Shown piece by piece: positions 61,187-64,000 of a stretch of DNA of 64,000 nucleotides. The stretch spans positions 11,189-75,188 of the forward strand of contig JAWSUI010000006.1 of the NCBI GenBank assembly GCA_033551855.1. Direction: 5' to 3'. Origin of the DNA: Deferrisomatales bacterium (GTDB lineage: Bacteria > Desulfobacterota > Deferrisomatia > Deferrisomatales > JACRMM01). The notes beneath the pieces are model-generated. The model did no database searches. It had not been told where the DNA came from and saw only the letters and a list, made by a program, of their open reading frames with translations. Each line of letters opens with the position of its first letter. Position 1 is the first letter of the stretch. The position numbers and the translations under genes are program-made.

Positions 61187-61747
61187 TCAACGAGCCGCCA
61201 GGTCTCTTTCCAGGGAATCCATCCGACGAACGATCTCTGCTCTCTCCTCGCTGGTGGGGTATCTGCCTCCTTCGATCATCCGGGAGTGGTCCACCCGAAT
61301 GGAGTCCAGCCTGGCTTGGAATTCCTTTCCTTCCTTGGGACGCAGGCGCCCGCTGGCTCTTCCATCGTCAATTTTTCGTTGCAGTCCGAGCATCCTGTCC
61401 CCCGTCCTTTGCTCATCGCCCTTGGGCGCCCTGGCAGCCTCCCTGTCGATCTCCGCCCCGAGCGCATCGAGGCGCCCATGCACGCCCTTCCACTTTTCCT
61501 CGTAGAGCGTCTTGCCCCTGAGCGCCTCGGCGTCGGTTCGGATGCCCTTGAGTGTGGTCAGATACATCTGGGACTGGTCCGGAGTGAGGCTGCCGGTCTT
61601 CAGCCCGTCGCCGATCTTCTCCTGGATGAGAACCATCTTGTCATCCACCCTTCTTTCGTGATCGGGCCATACGCGCATTGTCGCACAACCTGATAGCAGG
61701 GCCAGCGAGAGAATGAGTGACGTAGTGATGCCCATGGAAGCTCTCAT
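61187..61747 (-). CDS. Hypothetical helical lipoprotein with internal duplication
   Basis: Lipobox LSGC; repeated IQEKIGDG..TGSLT / LQRKIDDG..SGRLR. Confidence 0.7.
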   Translation of the reverse strand: MRASMGITTSLILSLALLSGCATMRVWPDHERRVDDKMVLIQEKIGDGLKTGSLTPDQSQMYLTTLKGIRTDAEALRGKTLYEEKWKGVHGRLDALGAEIDREAARAPKGDEQRTGDRMLGLQRKIDDGRASGRLRPKEGKEFQARLDSIRVDHSRMIEGGRYPTSEERAEIVRRMDSLERDLAAR

Positions 61748-62017
61748 CTCTTTTATCCTTTTCTTCGAGGTCTACCTCATTTGTACAGTCTCTGCCTTCA
61801 CAGTTGGCACGACGCTGCTCGTATTCCCGCAGAAAAACTTGAGAAGGAGCGATCTTCAACAATTCGTCACGTTCTCCTCTAGAGAAAAGGGGGCCCGCTT
61901 CGCTTGACCCATCCTACGGCTCGCCATCGCCTCAAGCGGAACGCTGACGGCTGACCGCTGACAGCCGCGAGGCGGCGCCTCGGCGGTCTGAGGCGGGGCT
62001 TAGCTAGTCCGTCCAAA

Positions 62018-62033
62018 AGCAATCACCGTGCCG
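62018..62033 (-). promoter_or_regulatory. Sigma-54 (-24/-12) promoter
   Basis: Minus strand CGGCAC-GGTGA-TTGCT. Confidence 0.65.
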
Positions 62034-62118
62034 GACGGGATTCGGGGGATGCCGAGGTGCCAGGCTTTGACCGGCCGGGACAAGATGGGCGGAGCGCCCG
62101 CTGTGCCGGCATTCCTTC

Positions 62119-62152
62119 CCGTCGCATTTGGCGGGCCTGCTAAATGCGACGG
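62119..62152. promoter_or_regulatory. Palindrome, candidate enhancer-binding protein site
   Basis: CCGTCGCATTT-N12-AAATGCGACGG between two divergent sigma-54 promoters. Confidence 0.5.
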
Positions 62153-62226
62153 CAAAGCTTGAAGACTTTCCCGCTCTGTTCCCATCCGGTAAGGCATTGT
62201 CATCCAAATCGCCGGCACGTTGTCCC

Positions 62227-62241
62227 CGGCACGGTAGTTGC
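62227..62241 (+). promoter_or_regulatory. Sigma-54 (-24/-12) promoter
   Basis: CGGCAC-GGTAG-TTGC upstream of the gene at 62363. Confidence 0.65.
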
Positions 62242-62362
62242 GTCTAGCTCCGGCTGGCACTGAATCTGTCTAGAGCGCTGATGCTTCGAATCACTTCCAC
62301 CTCGAGCCGGAGGCGGCAGTGCCGAGAGGCGGATCGCAAACGGGAATCGAAAGGGTGACCCC

Positions 62363-64000
62363 ATGAGAAGCGTCCGGCGGCTCTGCATCGTCCTGCTCGG
62401 CAGCGGCAGCCTTTTCGCCACTGCGTGCGGGCAGCAGGGCTCGAACGGCGACGGCGAGCCGACCCACTTCGCCGCCCGTGATTTTCGCGCGGTGGCCGGG
62501 ATCAGCATGGGCGCGTACGGGGCCATGAACCTCGGGACGAAGCGGCCGGACCTCTTCGGGACGATCGGGTCTCTCGGAGGCCCGGTCGACATGCAGGAGC
62601 TCCTGGCCCAACTGATCGGTGAGAACCTCGAGGTGAAGCCCCAGGCGGGCGTTCCCGGGCAGGAGGGGGACGACTTCACGTTCGATCACATGAAGCCGTA
62701 CCCAAGCCGCAACACGCGCATCCGCATGATCCAGGACCTGGTGTTGGCTTTCGGGAACCCGTTCCTGCACCACCCGGACCCCTCCAGGCGCTACCTCGCC
62801 TCCGACTCCGAGCCCGCTGCCGTCGGAAGGGACGATCGGTATGGATCGTTTTCGCCTCTCGTCGATCCCCGGGGGTTTCTCGACGGGGGTGACGCGAATG
62901 CCGACGGGCTCCGCCAGGTGGGGGAGGTGCCCGATCGGCCCACCGACGTGCTCCTGCTCGCGCCGGGGTCGCTGGCGTCGGTGTTCGGGCTGGCGGGTAC
63001 CATGGTGGGCGGGCGTGAGCTCGTCGACCTCGACGCCGACGGGATCTATGACGTGGGCGACGGCATCGTGGTGAACTACTCGGAGCCCTTTGTGGACCTG
63101 AACGGCAACTTCGTCTTCGAGCCCGAGCTGGGAGAGACCTTCGAAGACCTGGGACTCGACGGGGTGGCGGGGACTGGCGACTTCGGCGAGGGCAACGGCG
63201 TCTTCGACTACGACCCGGACCGCAGCGCATGGCTGGCGGAGGATCCCCTCTCGCGGTTGGCCGCGCGGCCGGCCGCCGAGATCGCCTCCCAGAGGATCTA
63301 CATGGACGTGGGCACCGGGGACGAGTTCGGGTTTGCGCGCCACTACGACAACGTCGTGGCGATGCTTGACCGCAAGGGGCTCTCGCCGGTGGTGCGAAAC
63401 GGCTTCTCCGGCAACTGCTTCGCCGTGCCGAGACCTTCGGAGCCCTTCCTCCTGATCCGGTACGACGGCGGACACGTGGGAATCCCAGGAGACGACGCGA
63501 TTCGAGACGACCTGCTCAGCGGAGACTTCTGCGGCGCCGTTCCCATCTGGCAGCGCCTGCTGACGCTCATCGGCTACCTGGACCGGAGCTTCCCCGACGG
63601 CTTCTTCGGGGCGGGGGGGCTCCACCTGACCGGGGACGTGATCACGCGGGCGATCCCTTCCCCGGCCCTGGCGACCGGCGGTCAGCCCGCGCCCGGGCGC
63701 GAGGTCGTGGTGTACCGGCCGCCCGCGTTTGCCAACACGAACCGGAGCTTTCCCGTCGTCTACTTCCTGGGAGGGTACGGTCAGGACCCCGAGGACTATC
63801 GGCGGATGGGCAATTTCCTGGACGTGCTGATCGGAGCCGGAGCCGTACAGAACATGTGCTTCGCGTTCCTACCGGGCTCGGGGGGGCACCGGGGCTCCTT
63901 CTTCGTGAACCACCGCGTTCCCGAGTCCCAAGTGCCCGGGCTGGCCACGGTCACGAGCGGCCGCTACGAGGACTCGATCCTCCAGGATCTCATCCCGGAG
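62363..64000 (+). CDS. Esterase-family alpha/beta hydrolase lipoprotein (runs off the window; absent from the ORF track)
   Basis: My translation: signal peptide ..FATAC, GISMG nucleophile, YMDVGTGDE, YDGGH, later VYRPPAF...FPVVYFLGG; DxDxDG acidic inserts. Confidence 0.75.
   Translation, partial: MRSVRRLCIVLLGSGSLFATACGQQGSNGDGEPTHFAARDFRAVAGISMGAYGAMNLGTKRPDLFGTIGSLGGPVDMQELLAQLIGENLEVKPQAGVPGQEGDDFTFDHMKPYPSRNTRIRMIQDLVLAFGNPFLHHPDPSRRYLASDSEPAAVGRDDRYGSFSPLVDPRGFLDGGDANADGLRQVGEVPDRPTDVLLLAPGSLASVFGLAGTMVGGRELVDLDADGIYDVGDGIVVNYSEPFVDLNGNFVFEPELGETFEDLGLDGVAGTGDFGEGNGVFDYDPDRSAWLAEDPLSRLAARPAAEIASQRIYMDVGTGDEFGFARHYDNVVAMLDRKGLSPVVRNGFSGNCFAVPRPSEPFLLIRYDGGHVGIPGDDAIRDDLLSGDFCGAVPIWQRLLTLIGYLDRSFPDGFFGAGGLHLTGDVITRAIPSPALATGGQPAPGREVVVYRPPAFANTNRSFPVVYFLGGYGQDPEDYRRMGNFLDVLIGAGAVQNMCFAFLPGSGGHRGSFFVNHRVPESQVPGLATVTSGRYEDSILQDLIPE

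Noticed and set aside
61943..61965. GCTGACN heptamer run (also short duplications at ~24530-24630)
   Set aside because: Only 2-3 units; too short to support a function

Overview
High-GC bacterial chromosome segment. Gene content suggests a deltaproteobacterium-like (Desulfobacterota/Deferrisoma-like) organism; this is inference. Positions ~1-24 kb are largely core: the ffh-rpsP-rimM-trmD-RNA methyltransferase-rplS-rnhB-yraN operon, LysM/CpoB, gatCAB, a family B DNA polymerase, a nucleoside transporter, a methyltransferase-Nudix fusion, a HIT protein and redox genes. Positions ~24-64 kb look like a mosaic accessory region. Its centre (27986-48860, minus strand) is a tightly coupled 11-gene lipid biosynthetic cluster. 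It encodes a bacterial ceramide-synthase-like GNAT, a permuted papain-like protein and a 2601-aa type I PKS (tandem FabK/PfaD-like ER-KS-AT-ACP-KR-DH, no TE). It also encodes a PPTase, a BioF2-type GNAT, an ABC-2 exporter, a B12 radical SAM enzyme, an extended SDR, an Aur1/PAP2-like membrane enzyme and a FAAL-ACP-alpha-oxoamine synthase fusion. The best candidate for an undescribed system is this putative PKS-fed sphingolipid/ceramide-like pathway. The rest holds a general-stress gene set, an IS1634-truncated TPR gene, a sulfur-handling operon and divergent sigma-54 promoters. It also holds a possibly circularly permuted esterase lipoprotein, several MITE/REP-like repeat families and an ISNCY remnant. 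All calls come from reading motifs by eye; no database searches were run.
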